This document shows, piece by piece, positions 18,725 through 27,849 of a stretch of 37,388 nucleotides of DNA. Source of the stretch: a virus; UHGV virus genome UHGV-0235795. One strand, given 5' to 3'. Each line of letters starts with the position of its first letter. Positions within the stretch are counted from its first letter, which is position 1. The notes under the pieces are model-generated. The model had not been told where the DNA came from, did not search any database, and saw only the letters and a list, made by a program, of their open reading frames with translations. Made by a program: the position numbers and the translations under genes.

Positions 18725-19705
18725 TTATTCTCCCGCTTTCAGGATCGCAAACGGGCATCTCTTGGTCTTATCTTTTGCAAGAGCATTGATTGGATTCGGG
18801 ATTTCCCATCCAAGACGCATCACCGCACGAAGAGCAATCATATCATTCTGCATCAGGTTGTATGCGATAGTTCCATCGGTGTTCTGAATCACGCCTTCCG
18901 TGAATAACTTGAATGTAATATCCTGTCTGATGGAATATACAAGCTGAGAGAAGTCTCCTGAAATCATCAGTGCCTTTGATTTGTCAAACGCTCCGTTGTT
19001 TGGGAAATTCATCGGAGAGCCATCTAAAGCATACTGCGTTGTTCCCTGCAGATCCTGCTTGAACAGCGGATCACCATTCGCATTCTTCAATCCCCTGAGC
19101 TTTGCTCTCATGGAGATATCTGCCATGTGACCATTCACAAAGTAGCCGGACCCCTCGACTTTTGCGATGACACCATCTTCTGCCATAATCTTGTCATAAA
19201 GGCTGTCAGATGCTCCGAGTGTTACGACTGCACTCGCCTTTGTTGCAGTTGCAACAACATCTTCTCTCCATGTTGACGGCTTATTTTCTCCAAAAAGCAC
19301 CGCTCCATCAATGACTTTTCCAAATGCTTCTGTTACTCTTGGCTTTACTTCTGACCAAATATCATATTCTGAATCATCCAATACGGCTTCTGGAATCGGA
19401 ACAATTACCGCAATTTCTTCTGCAGTGATAAACTTCTTGTCCCATTCCTGCTTTGCTGTCTTTTTCTGACCGTTATCTCCGTTTACGAAATACGCAATCG
19501 GTAACATATCCAGAACTGGCATTTTATACTGTTTACTTGTCATATTCGCCAGCTTACGTCCTCTTGACAGAACTGCTGACTGTGCGATCGTTCCCTGGAT
19601 GATCTCGTTGGATTCCTGAATCGGAATTAAAGCCTCTGCCCCGCTACGATCAATGATATTTACGTCTGTTTCAAATAATTTTAAATTCATTCTGGTTCTG
19701 TTCAT
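18725..19705 (-). CDS. Major capsid protein with L27-like N-terminal leader
   Basis: 326 aa beginning MNRTRMNLKLFETD; follows the scaffold gene; canonical order. Confidence 0.75.
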   Translation of the reverse strand: MNRTRMNLKLFETDVNIIDRSGAEALIPIQESNEIIQGTIAQSAVLSRGRKLANMTSKQYKMPVLDMLPIAYFVNGDNGQKKTAKQEWDKKFITAEEIAVIVPIPEAVLDDSEYDIWSEVKPRVTEAFGKVIDGAVLFGENKPSTWREDVVATATKASAVVTLGASDSLYDKIMAEDGVIAKVEGSGYFVNGHMADISMRAKLRGLKNANGDPLFKQDLQGTTQYALDGSPMNFPNNGAFDKSKALMISGDFSQLVYSIRQDITFKLFTEGVIQNTDGTIAYNLMQNDMIALRAVMRLGWEIPNPINALAKDKTKRCPFAILKAGE

Positions 19706-19717
19706 CTTCTACCTCCA

Positions 19718-20323
19718 TCACTTTCTTGCTGCAGCACGGATACGTTCATTGATAGAAGTATTCATGCTTCCACCAGCTCCCTCCGAAGAGCTTCCTGAAG
19801 ACGTAGACACCCGATACGTGCCACTGCCTGTATATTTCGGATTTTCTTTCAAATACTGTTCTGCAGCTTTTTCAAATGTTGTCTTGTCGTTTACAAGTTT
19901 CGATACCTTGAACATGACATAATCAAGATCCTCTGTCTTCACACCTTTACCTGACAGAAATTTCTCATTTTTCATCTGCTGAACTTCCTTCAAAGCGTCA
20001 TCACGTTCTTCCTGCAGCTTTGCCGTGTCCGGCTGATTTGCCGCACGTTCTGCCTTGAATTTTGTGATTGCTTCTGTGACTTCTCCCTCTGTCATTCCCT
20101 GACCACGGAAAAAGCTTGCAAGAGCTGCACGTTCCGACTTGCTTGCCCTGGCACTTGCAATTTCTTCCAGCTGTTCATAGGTATAAGTTCCGGAATTGGC
20201 AGCTCCGGTTGCACTTCCAGCGGATCCCTGACCGCTGTTCCCAGTCCCGGCATTTCCACTCTGTCCATTAGAGCCAGCTCCGCTGCCGTCCTCGAAAAGC
20301 TGTAACATCATTCTTTTTCTCAT
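19718..20323 (-). CDS. Scaffolding protein with L27-like N-terminal leader
   Basis: Begins MRKRMMLQLFEDG; Gly/Ser-rich N-terminus, central coiled coil, basic C-terminus; between Prp and capsid. Confidence 0.7.
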   Translation of the reverse strand: MRKRMMLQLFEDGSGAGSNGQSGNAGTGNSGQGSAGSATGAANSGTYTYEQLEEIASARASKSERAALASFFRGQGMTEGEVTEAITKFKAERAANQPDTAKLQEERDDALKEVQQMKNEKFLSGKGVKTEDLDYVMFKVSKLVNDKTTFEKAAEQYLKENPKYTGSGTYRVSTSSGSSSEGAGGSMNTSINERIRAAARK

Positions 20324-20380
20324 TTCTACCTCCGTTTATGCTTCGTTGAGCTCCCGAGCTTTTAACGCCTTCACGTTTTG

Positions 20381-20408
20381 GGCAAAAGAAAAACACCCCT
20401 CAGGGTGT
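20381..20408 (-). terminator. Intra-operon rho-independent terminator between Prp and scaffold genes
   Basis: Minus-strand hairpin ACACCCTGAGGGGTGT followed by TTTTTCTTTTG. Confidence 0.45.
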
Positions 20409-20411
20409 CTC

Positions 20412-20735
20412 CTACAAAAATGTTATACAATTATATTCCCGGTTGATATCTGTCAATCCGAGAAACCACGAATCCAGTAGCAACTTCCCTCTGTCAGAAA
20501 GCCGCTCCCATTCGATTACGGTTCTTCCGCTCCCGGTATCTGCCCTGATCCGGTCACCTGTCAGATCATTCAGCGAATTGATCAGGTTGCAGGTGAGAGC
20601 AGATACCGCTGCACACGCCCGGTCAATCCCGTCTGAACCTTTTCGGCAGGCATGACCGGTCATGTGGATGTTGCTCGGTGTTATGGTTATCTCAATCACT
20701 GGATCACCTCCTGAAAATGAGTACAAAAATACCAC
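20412..20735 (-). CDS. prp: Prp-family cysteine protease (ribosomal-processing protease homolog)
   Basis: GHACRKGSDGIDRACAAVSALTCNLINSLNDL carries the Prp/YsxB His...Cys catalytic dyad signature. Confidence 0.7.
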   Translation of the reverse strand: MVFLYSFSGGDPVIEITITPSNIHMTGHACRKGSDGIDRACAAVSALTCNLINSLNDLTGDRIRADTGSGRTVIEWERLSDRGKLLLDSWFLGLTDINREYNCITFL

Positions 20736-20757
20736 CGGTCATTACGACTGGTGGTGA

Positions 20758-20961
20758 CTATACAAATTCTACTGTATTTCCAACAAATTCCCCTTTTCCT
20801 TCAATTGCAATATGCTTTGGAAGATCATAAACAGGGACGGGCTCATATTCCTTACCTTCAATTCTGTATTTACTATATTTTTTCAACGGAATATCCTCAT
20901 TTAACTCAAGTGCAGTATATTTTCCTATTTGCCATTGACTTAAAACCGTTCTCATCATCAC
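20758..20961 (-). CDS. Small protein, candidate immunity partner of MuF-fused toxin
   Basis: 67 aa, starts with ATGA overlap at the stop of the MuF gene. Confidence 0.35.
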   Translation of the reverse strand: MMMRTVLSQWQIGKYTALELNEDIPLKKYSKYRIEGKEYEPVPVYDLPKHIAIEGKGEFVGNTVEFV

Positions 20962-22601
20962 AGCTCTCCTTTCCTAAATTTTTCCAGTTGTTTCTGATAT
21001 TCTACAAGCTGTTTCTGTGTCACTTCTATCTCATTTCTAGGAATTTTATATTTATTAGCATTATCCAATAAATATTGTTTCGCATCTATTTCGTTTAATA
21101 TACTGCGAAGGGGTTCCCCTTTATCATCATTCATTTTAGCTATGTTTTGTTCAAAATGATATGTTTCTTCCAACACTTCGCTAATGCATACATCCTTACG
21201 AAAGATTAGAGCATCCCCCACAATTGAAGCTGCTGCCCCCTGTTTTTCCAAATGTTCCTCTGCTTCTTTTGTTCCACGAATAATAATTGCCCCCTTCTTT
21301 TTAACGGCTATAGTCAAATTATTAAAGACATCATCGCTAATGAATTTCAATCCTTTTCGAGGATCAGAAGCTTTCCTCTTCAATTCTATTATATCAGAGC
21401 TAAACGGTTTTTCAATATATTCTCCAACTCTTTTATATTTTGCATTTGAGATTCTTCCCCGTCCATCAATATAGATTCTCTCCCGTTCTTCCTTGAGTCC
21501 CATCTTCCGAGAGAATACCGCATATTCATTAAGCTGTCCTTGGTACTTTGCTTTTTGGAGCATTACTTCCTGTGGATCAGCACCGCCTTTTTGCAATAGC
21601 TGCACCTTTTCACGCTGTGCCCGCATAGCAGTTTCCATTTGACGCTGTCTTTGCTTTGCTTCATACAGTGTATATTCTTTACCACGGAACTCGGTCGGCT
21701 CGCTTTCTTTCCGATTCTGTTCGTCTAGCCAGTCATCCGTATAAGTTCGTACCGATACACCGGGAACAAAAGGGAAATAAGTATGGTAGCAGTTTGCTCC
21801 ACATAGTCCGGTTACTGTACCGAGTCCACAGACATCATACAATTGCTGTTGACTCCACACTCTGCCCTGCCATATCGTATGCGTTGGTCTTGCCCCTGCG
21901 TGCCATTCCACTTCAAAATATTCCGTACCGAGCTTTTCTGCATTATACTCCGCAATCTTTCCGGAAAGTTGTGTAAGCCCGGTCATAACCGCCCGCCTTG
22001 CCGCAACCTCGATCCGGCTTGCATACCCCGATGAATATTCGATCTGCCGGAGTCCACTATTTGTAAGTTGAGTGACTACCCGCCTAAGAACTGCATTATA
22101 ATCAAACGCTCCTGTCACAATATCCATGCAGGCATTATCAAGATACCCACTGTATACCTGCGACAATGGAGTTAATACCTTTCTGCCGCCATAATCCAAA
22201 TAAAAGCCCAGAGATCTTGTTATATTTTCCAAGTCCTCAAGGCTTTGCTTTTTGATAGCTGATGTCACCTGTATCAGATGTTCATTTTCTTCAAAAGGTA
22301 TGTATTCCGCATTGATCTGTTCATAGATGTCCTTGTTCCTGACATATTCCCAGTCGATCACTTTGTCGTACAGTTCAAACATTTCCGGGTAAGAAGCATT
22401 CAGAGTGTCTTTCAATGCATTTTCAATGTCCTCCGAAGAATACCCCAGTATTTTTAACCGGTTAATCTGCCAGTCTGCTGTGCTGGTGATTTCGCCCGTC
22501 TTCTTAATTCTCCGAACAATATCCTGCATGATCCTGACTTCAAGATCTGCGTATCTTGCCGCAATCTTGCTGGCGATCTTTTCCTTGTATTCATTTCTCA
22601 T
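20958..22601 (-). CDS. Head morphogenesis protein (SPP1 gp7 / MuF-like) with ~200-aa C-terminal extension (putative polymorphic toxin domain)
   Basis: N-terminus IASKIAARYADLEVRIMQDIVRRIKKTGEITSTADWQINRLK and GANCYHTYFPF match minor-capsid-2/MuF; the domain ends near residue 340, followed by a coiled-coil linker and a C-terminal domain of unknown family. Confidence 0.7.
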   Translation of the reverse strand: MRNEYKEKIASKIAARYADLEVRIMQDIVRRIKKTGEITSTADWQINRLKILGYSSEDIENALKDTLNASYPEMFELYDKVIDWEYVRNKDIYEQINAEYIPFEENEHLIQVTSAIKKQSLEDLENITRSLGFYLDYGGRKVLTPLSQVYSGYLDNACMDIVTGAFDYNAVLRRVVTQLTNSGLRQIEYSSGYASRIEVAARRAVMTGLTQLSGKIAEYNAEKLGTEYFEVEWHAGARPTHTIWQGRVWSQQQLYDVCGLGTVTGLCGANCYHTYFPFVPGVSVRTYTDDWLDEQNRKESEPTEFRGKEYTLYEAKQRQRQMETAMRAQREKVQLLQKGGADPQEVMLQKAKYQGQLNEYAVFSRKMGLKEERERIYIDGRGRISNAKYKRVGEYIEKPFSSDIIELKRKASDPRKGLKFISDDVFNNLTIAVKKKGAIIIRGTKEAEEHLEKQGAAASIVGDALIFRKDVCISEVLEETYHFEQNIAKMNDDKGEPLRSILNEIDAKQYLLDNANKYKIPRNEIEVTQKQLVEYQKQLEKFRKGEL

Positions 22602-22602
22602 A

Positions 22603-24018
22603 TCACTCCATCACCTGATTTTGCTCGGGAAGATTCTGACGAGCCTGCTCAACCGTTTCTCCATACCACTTCGCCCGATATTCTTCCAACCTCATCACGC
22701 CCATGCTCACATCCTGCCGATCCTGCTGACGTTCCGAATCCTTATCCTCAATGATGGAATCATCAAAGTCTATCGTGATTTCTGTATCAGGATCCAGTAC
22801 ATTCCCCGTGACCTGACCAAGCCGGATAATAATTCTGATTAATCTTTTTAACACGTCCTCCAGGATAATTTCATGCTTTTTCAGCATCCGGTACATGTCC
22901 GAATTTTCGGAAATGATTTCCGTGGCTGTTTTTGCCTCAACGCCATTAAATTGATACCGGTTCGTACCAAATCCGCACTTCAAGGAAAGATAATTCAGAT
23001 CGTCATTGATTGCTTTGCTGTGCTGTTCTACCCGGAGCTGCATATCAACTTCTTTGATAAGCCCTTCACCTTTTTCGTTATAATCATCCGGCAGTTTGTA
23101 AAATACTGCATCCTCTGGGTCAAATGCCGGTGTTCCGTCATCATTTGTCAGCAACTCAGGTGCGACAAAAATACGTTTTCGACCAAGATCAAATTCATTA
23201 CAGTACGAATCATATTCAGTATCCAGCTTTCTCAACGTATCAACAGCATTCGCAAAAATCGCAATCCCCATCGGGTTGCTCGTATCTGTATTATTGGTTA
23301 TGTTTAAACGGTCAAGCACAAACTGCGGCTCTGTCGATCCGGTTTGAACAGTAGCTGTCAAATTCTTAAATGGTCGCAATTCTTTCCATTCTTTCTCATC
23401 AACTTCTGTTCCTGAAGACTCACCGGATCCACATCTGAGAACTTTATTTTCTATGATGTAATTTCCATCTTCTGCTTTTCGATGATGCTGCAAATGCACA
23501 TATTTCTTTCGATTGGCTGTATGCGGAAAAGCAAAAATACACTCCGAAACTTCTCCATTCTTCCAACTCACTGGAAAAATATTGGGTGCATCCACATATT
23601 CAATTCCAATCTTTCCTGATAGTACGGAGCCGTCCTCGCTCACTTCCGTATCATACAAATACGGAATGTATGCAACTGTTCCAGTGTATGCCTTACGCTC
23701 CTGGAAGTCATTTCCGATCACCAGAAAATGGTTTTCATCTAATATTTCCTGCACAAATTTTTGTGTAGCATCATCTTCCAATGTGATCATAACCTTTTCG
23801 TTTAGCAGCAGGTCTGCAATATCCTCAGAAATCTTTTTCGCCATCCCCATGCTCTTTCGCCTGCATCGGTTATACGTTCCACGCCCAGTATACGCCTTGT
23901 AAAAAGAAAACCCTCTTACATTTGAGTTGTACCAGCTGATCCATTCGTTTATCTTTTGATAAAATGACGTATCCACAGTGTCTATTCCTGCTTTCCTGAA
24001 ATAACTAAAAATATTCAC
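22603..24018 (-). CDS. Portal protein
   Basis: 471 aa immediately downstream of terminase large subunit. Confidence 0.75.
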   Translation of the reverse strand: MNIFSYFRKAGIDTVDTSFYQKINEWISWYNSNVRGFSFYKAYTGRGTYNRCRRKSMGMAKKISEDIADLLLNEKVMITLEDDATQKFVQEILDENHFLVIGNDFQERKAYTGTVAYIPYLYDTEVSEDGSVLSGKIGIEYVDAPNIFPVSWKNGEVSECIFAFPHTANRKKYVHLQHHRKAEDGNYIIENKVLRCGSGESSGTEVDEKEWKELRPFKNLTATVQTGSTEPQFVLDRLNITNNTDTSNPMGIAIFANAVDTLRKLDTEYDSYCNEFDLGRKRIFVAPELLTNDDGTPAFDPEDAVFYKLPDDYNEKGEGLIKEVDMQLRVEQHSKAINDDLNYLSLKCGFGTNRYQFNGVEAKTATEIISENSDMYRMLKKHEIILEDVLKRLIRIIIRLGQVTGNVLDPDTEITIDFDDSIIEDKDSERQQDRQDVSMGVMRLEEYRAKWYGETVEQARQNLPEQNQVME

Positions 24019-25373
24019 CTTTCATCACCTCCCTCATCTATTGGTAACCAATGCTTTATCCTGCTCCATGCTCCCATCACTGCGTAACGGATCGCATCCA
24101 TGCAGTGATCATCCATTTTTACTGGCACTTCCTTACCTCTTTCAATAGATTTTTTATCATATTCATAAGTTCCAAATTCTCTGTCTGCATTCTCCTGACT
24201 GGGATCAATCGACATTACCTCAAACGAAAGTGCTTTTTGCACTCTGCTAATGCCAAGAGCAACACTGTTATCTGCGTCACGTAACTTTACAGAATATTCC
24301 AGGCTTCTCGTTGCTCTCCTGACCTCTTCCGCAAGCCCTTTTGCTGACGGATCCAGGAACAGATAAAAAACTGATGTCCCATATTTTTCCCTGATGTTTT
24401 TTGTAAAATCCACAAAGTCCTGAGCATATTCTGACGGACTTTTCTGCCGCCCGGAATCACGCCCACTGTGGTAGTATTCTCCAAGTCCGGGGAATTTCTT
24501 GCGGTACAGATCTAGTCCGAAAGCTTCAAAGGTTGTGGCGTTCTGCTGTCCATAGTCGCCACCGATATAGACTCTTTCATAAATCCGTTGCGAATCTGCT
24601 TTCTGCCTGTGGCGATTGCCGTACATATAGTAGATCAATTCGTCCACACCGATCGCCTCGCCCAGCCAAACCCATCTATACATTTTTGGATCAGATTTCT
24701 TCATAGCTTCAGCAGATGCAATCAGGTCAGGACCAAGCCAGTCCACCGGCACGTCCCGGTAATCCGTATGAATATGGATGCAGTCCTCTCGTTTTTCCAT
24801 CTTCTTGCACCACAAATTGATGGGGGCATTCGGATTCTTTGGAGGATTATAGAGATAGATCATCTGAAATCCACCTTTATTTCCACGAACAAACGTCGCT
24901 TCAATATTGGTCAGTTCATCTTCTCCCTCTCCATCGTCAAAAAACTCTGTCAACTCATCCAACACAACCAACTTGATTGGCTTATCTTCATCAATGATAC
25001 CTTTTGTATCATCGATCCCGTCTGACCCAGCAAAATACATTGTCGTCCCATGCTTTTTATATGTTATTTCCATCGGGGATTTTGTAACCAGGAATTTACT
25101 TTTGGGAATTTCCAACCGATTGATCCCCCTTAGCATTTCTTTGTAGACTGTTTTTCTCAGCTTATTATGGTGTTTTCTTAAAACAACAACCGATCCATTC
25201 GCATCTGATACAAGCTGATAATCCGATCTTACCGCTGCGTAGCTCGACTTCGTTCCGGCTCTTCCGGAAGTCAGTATAATGTGCTTAATATGCCGATTAT
25301 TAAATATCGGCAGGTATTTCGGGATTATTATCTCCGATATCTTCACTTGCTTCTTTCGGTGCGTCATTGACAA
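24015..25373 (-). CDS. terL: Terminase large subunit (PBSX-type)
   Basis: Walker-A-like ILTSGRAGTKSSYAA near N-terminus; acidic nuclease-region residues in C-terminal half. Confidence 0.85.
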   Translation of the reverse strand: MSMTHRKKQVKISEIIIPKYLPIFNNRHIKHIILTSGRAGTKSSYAAVRSDYQLVSDANGSVVVLRKHHNKLRKTVYKEMLRGINRLEIPKSKFLVTKSPMEITYKKHGTTMYFAGSDGIDDTKGIIDEDKPIKLVVLDELTEFFDDGEGEDELTNIEATFVRGNKGGFQMIYLYNPPKNPNAPINLWCKKMEKREDCIHIHTDYRDVPVDWLGPDLIASAEAMKKSDPKMYRWVWLGEAIGVDELIYYMYGNRHRQKADSQRIYERVYIGGDYGQQNATTFEAFGLDLYRKKFPGLGEYYHSGRDSGRQKSPSEYAQDFVDFTKNIREKYGTSVFYLFLDPSAKGLAEEVRRATRSLEYSVKLRDADNSVALGISRVQKALSFEVMSIDPSQENADREFGTYEYDKKSIERGKEVPVKMDDHCMDAIRYAVMGAWSRIKHWLPIDEGGDER

Positions 25374-25854
25374 TCTCTACTCCCCCATCTTCATCTCCAT
25401 CGCCGCCGCTCATCCTTGCTGTATTCGCACGGATCTGTTCAATTCTTGCCTGCTGCTCCTCTTCATCCAGTTCTGTCTTTTCCGTCCAACCCTTGAAGTT
25501 GTTTCTCAGGCTGAACTGAGCCCCGCTCGACCCGTCCCGGTCAAAGAGCCGTTCTTCTGCATACGCTTCCACCCTTGCCTTCGCACGTGTTATCGTGTTC
25601 ATAAACTCCTTTTTCCCTTGATAGTTCAATAATGACAGCCTCGTGGAAAATCCAAGTGCTAAAGCCAGTCCTGTGACTGTTGGCGGGCGCTGATTAATAA
25701 TAACTGGATTTCCAAATTTATTAAAAACCGTATTTCCATTGTTGTCTTTCAGGACTTCACCCTCGCACTGTTTAAAATAAGCATCTATTTTTTCTTCGAT
25801 TTCTTCTTTACTCTTATACTTTGGCGGTCTTCCGACTGCCTTTTTTGTAGCCAT
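25300..25854 (-). CDS. terS: Terminase small subunit
   Basis: N-terminus MATKKAVGRPPKYKSKEEIEEKIDAYFKQC (HTH DNA-binding), acidic tail; precedes terL. Confidence 0.75.
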   Translation of the reverse strand: MATKKAVGRPPKYKSKEEIEEKIDAYFKQCEGEVLKDNNGNTVFNKFGNPVIINQRPPTVTGLALALGFSTRLSLLNYQGKKEFMNTITRAKARVEAYAEERLFDRDGSSGAQFSLRNNFKGWTEKTELDEEEQQARIEQIRANTARMSGGDGDEDGGVEIVNDAPKEASEDIGDNNPEIPADI

Positions 25855-25872
25855 TTGACCACCTCCATGCTA

Positions 25873-26250
25873 TTAAATGCCTCTACGTCCTCCACGGCGA
25901 CCTTTCGTAGCTCTCCTCTGATCTCCACGGTTGCCGCCCATCGATGTGTCTGCCTGGTTAAGAAAATCGTTCGTTGCTTTCCTGTCTGCCTCATATGCCT
26001 TCTGTTCTGCTGCTTTCGCCGCTGCAGTTACCGGCTTTACAGTTGCCCCATTTGCCTGGACTCTTTTTGTAAAATCCCTTACTGTCATATTCAGCGGAGT
26101 AGGCTGTGGCGTTCCTCCCACTCCCCGCTGATAATAATTCATTCCGTTTTTCTCGGAAAAATAATACCTTGTAGTCTCTCCGTTGTGCGTTACATCAACA
26201 CCACTTCCACCTCCGCCGCCACCAGATTTACTTCCTCTACCACCCATCAC
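25873..26250 (-). CDS. Hypothetical Gly-rich / Arg-rich protein
   Basis: N-terminal GSKSGGGGGGSG and C-terminal RRATKGRRGGRRG low-complexity tracts; upstream of terS. Confidence 0.4.
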   Translation of the reverse strand: MMGGRGSKSGGGGGGSGVDVTHNGETTRYYFSEKNGMNYYQRGVGGTPQPTPLNMTVRDFTKRVQANGATVKPVTAAAKAAEQKAYEADRKATNDFLNQADTSMGGNRGDQRRATKGRRGGRRGI

Positions 26251-26869
26251 ACGATGCCTCCTTAAATTTTTCCTGAAATGCCTTTATTCGTACAATGTTC
26301 CCCGTACACTCTTCCGGGATCTGCCCGTAAAATATAATCTTAGTCGGATGCAACTTCTTAACCATTTCTTTGTATCCGGCAAGAAATAGTTCCCGGCTCT
26401 TTTTATTTTGCATGCACCCCACACTGGATACTGCCACCGTGCCTCCTGTGGGCTCTCCATCAAAGCACCAGGAATATGAATCCTCTGTACTCCATGCGAT
26501 CGTTGGGATCACTTTTACCCCGTACATCTGCATATAAGCACCAATCCAATGCTTTCGGTAATGATTAAAGATCTGAACAGCTTTCGGAAAATCTGTATAA
26601 AGACTAAAATCCGGAGTAAATACGTACTGAAACTGCTGAAGCATCGGTATATATCTATCCGGATCATTCCATAATCTTATAAATTGATAGTCGTCAATAA
26701 AGAAATGAATGCTTTTCTTTTCTCTATCCTTACTTGTTGCTGCAAAATTGAATGGAATAAACTCTGTATCTCCATCAAAATCTACTGGCTTAAGTGTAGG
26801 TATCCCATACTCGCCCACACCATCAAATACCATACGTTCTAAATTTTCATATCTTTTCGGATCTCGCAA
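26237..26869 (-). CDS. DUF4417-like phage protein
   Basis: 210 aa, first gene after the late-operon terminator; family assignment from memory of conserved W/Y-rich motifs. Confidence 0.35.
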   Translation of the reverse strand: MRDPKRYENLERMVFDGVGEYGIPTLKPVDFDGDTEFIPFNFAATSKDREKKSIHFFIDDYQFIRLWNDPDRYIPMLQQFQYVFTPDFSLYTDFPKAVQIFNHYRKHWIGAYMQMYGVKVIPTIAWSTEDSYSWCFDGEPTGGTVAVSSVGCMQNKKSRELFLAGYKEMVKKLHPTKIIFYGQIPEECTGNIVRIKAFQEKFKEASCDGW

Positions 26870-26900
26870 TCATTTCACCACCTCATATCTCACCGCACAC

Positions 26901-26923
26901 AAAAAGACACCCTTTTCAGGGTG
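26901..26923 (-). terminator. Rho-independent terminator between ArpU gene and late (packaging) operon
   Basis: Minus-strand hairpin CACCCTGAAAAGGGTG followed by TCTTTTTGTGTG; stem similar to the terminator at 20381-20408. Confidence 0.45.
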
Positions 26924-27013
26924 CCTTTGTACGGTGAGGATTCGTCGAAAGTATCCCAAGAAGCTTTTCACTTCTTGCATTCTAACTATAACATATTCAA
27001 AATGTTAATAATG

Positions 27014-27427
27014 TTAATCTTTTATAAGACTTCCAACTATCTGTGCAATCCTGCTCCTGCTATATCCCGTCATCCTCGCCACCTCTTCTTGCGTCATATC
27101 ATCCAGGTATATGGATTCCAGTATTGTCTTTTCCAATCCTTCCGGCAGTCCGGCTATGTAAGATTCTACGGTATCCAGTTCTGCCAGTACGGCTGTCTTC
27201 TGCCGTTCTTTTTCGCTGATCCGCAGCTTGATCCGTGTCGCTTCTGCTGGCTCCGGCACTTCCACTCTGATATGCTCCCGGATGTATGGAAAGTCATCCC
27301 CGGATTTTTCCACCTTCCCCGATACGGTCGGAACGCTCTCAAGACGGTCATACAGCCGTTCCAGTGACTGCTCAAGAGTCAGCAGTTCTTTCTTTCGCTT
27401 TTTGTATCGCCTTAGTAAGCCTTTCAT
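27014..27427 (-). CDS. ArpU/RinA-like late transcriptional activator (sigma-70 region 4-like HTH)
   Basis: C-terminus IYLDDMTQEEVARMTGYSRSRIAQIVGSLI is a region-4/LuxR-type HTH; about 140 aa, directly upstream of the packaging genes. Confidence 0.65.
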   Translation of the reverse strand: MKGLLRRYKKRKKELLTLEQSLERLYDRLESVPTVSGKVEKSGDDFPYIREHIRVEVPEPAEATRIKLRISEKERQKTAVLAELDTVESYIAGLPEGLEKTILESIYLDDMTQEEVARMTGYSRSRIAQIVGSLIKD

Positions 27428-27659
27428 CCTTGTCCACTTCCTTCCGTATCCTGTCTATAATGTAATCACCGTCAACGTCCATATATGCTCCGGCATCCCT
27501 CCGAAAGAATCTTTCAATGTTCATCTTTTCCCACTGTGCCTGACTGTCTTCGGGATTCCTCTTCAATTTTTTCAGGACTGCCCGGTAGTCTTTCCCAGCT
27601 TTTTCCACGATCGCATGGGCAAGCCTGACATAGCCATCAATGTTCCGCTCCACCGGCAT
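27372..27659 (-). CDS. Hypothetical protein
   Basis: 95-aa ORF in co-oriented early/middle gene string. Confidence 0.4.
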   Translation of the reverse strand: MPVERNIDGYVRLAHAIVEKAGKDYRAVLKKLKRNPEDSQAQWEKMNIERFFRRDAGAYMDVDGDYIIDRIRKEVDKDERLTKAIQKAKERTADS

Positions 27660-27849
27660 CCACTCCCTTCCTCGTATCTACTCCCCACTTTTTCAGTGCA
27701 TCCTCCACTGTATAATTCGGGTATGCCGGACGGCGGAAGTCCGCACTGGCTTTCCGATCCGGTGGATGCTCTGCCATCCCGGCATAGTGTTCTTTCTGAT
27801 TCTGCCGGATTTCTGCTGGACTCCAGCGTCTGTCTGTACTTCGTTTCAC
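27637..27849 (-). CDS. Hypothetical protein
   Basis: 70-aa ORF starting with ATGA overlap to the upstream gene; the alternative overlapping frame 27572..27889 was judged less likely. Confidence 0.3.
   Translation of the reverse strand: MKRSTDRRWSPAEIRQNQKEHYAGMAEHPPDRKASADFRRPAYPNYTVEDALKKWGVDTRKGVDAGGAEH

Noticed and set aside
18224-18907. 227-aa and 194-aa plus-strand ORFs
   Set aside because: They overlap the connector and capsid genes on the opposite strand. No RBS. Shadow frames.
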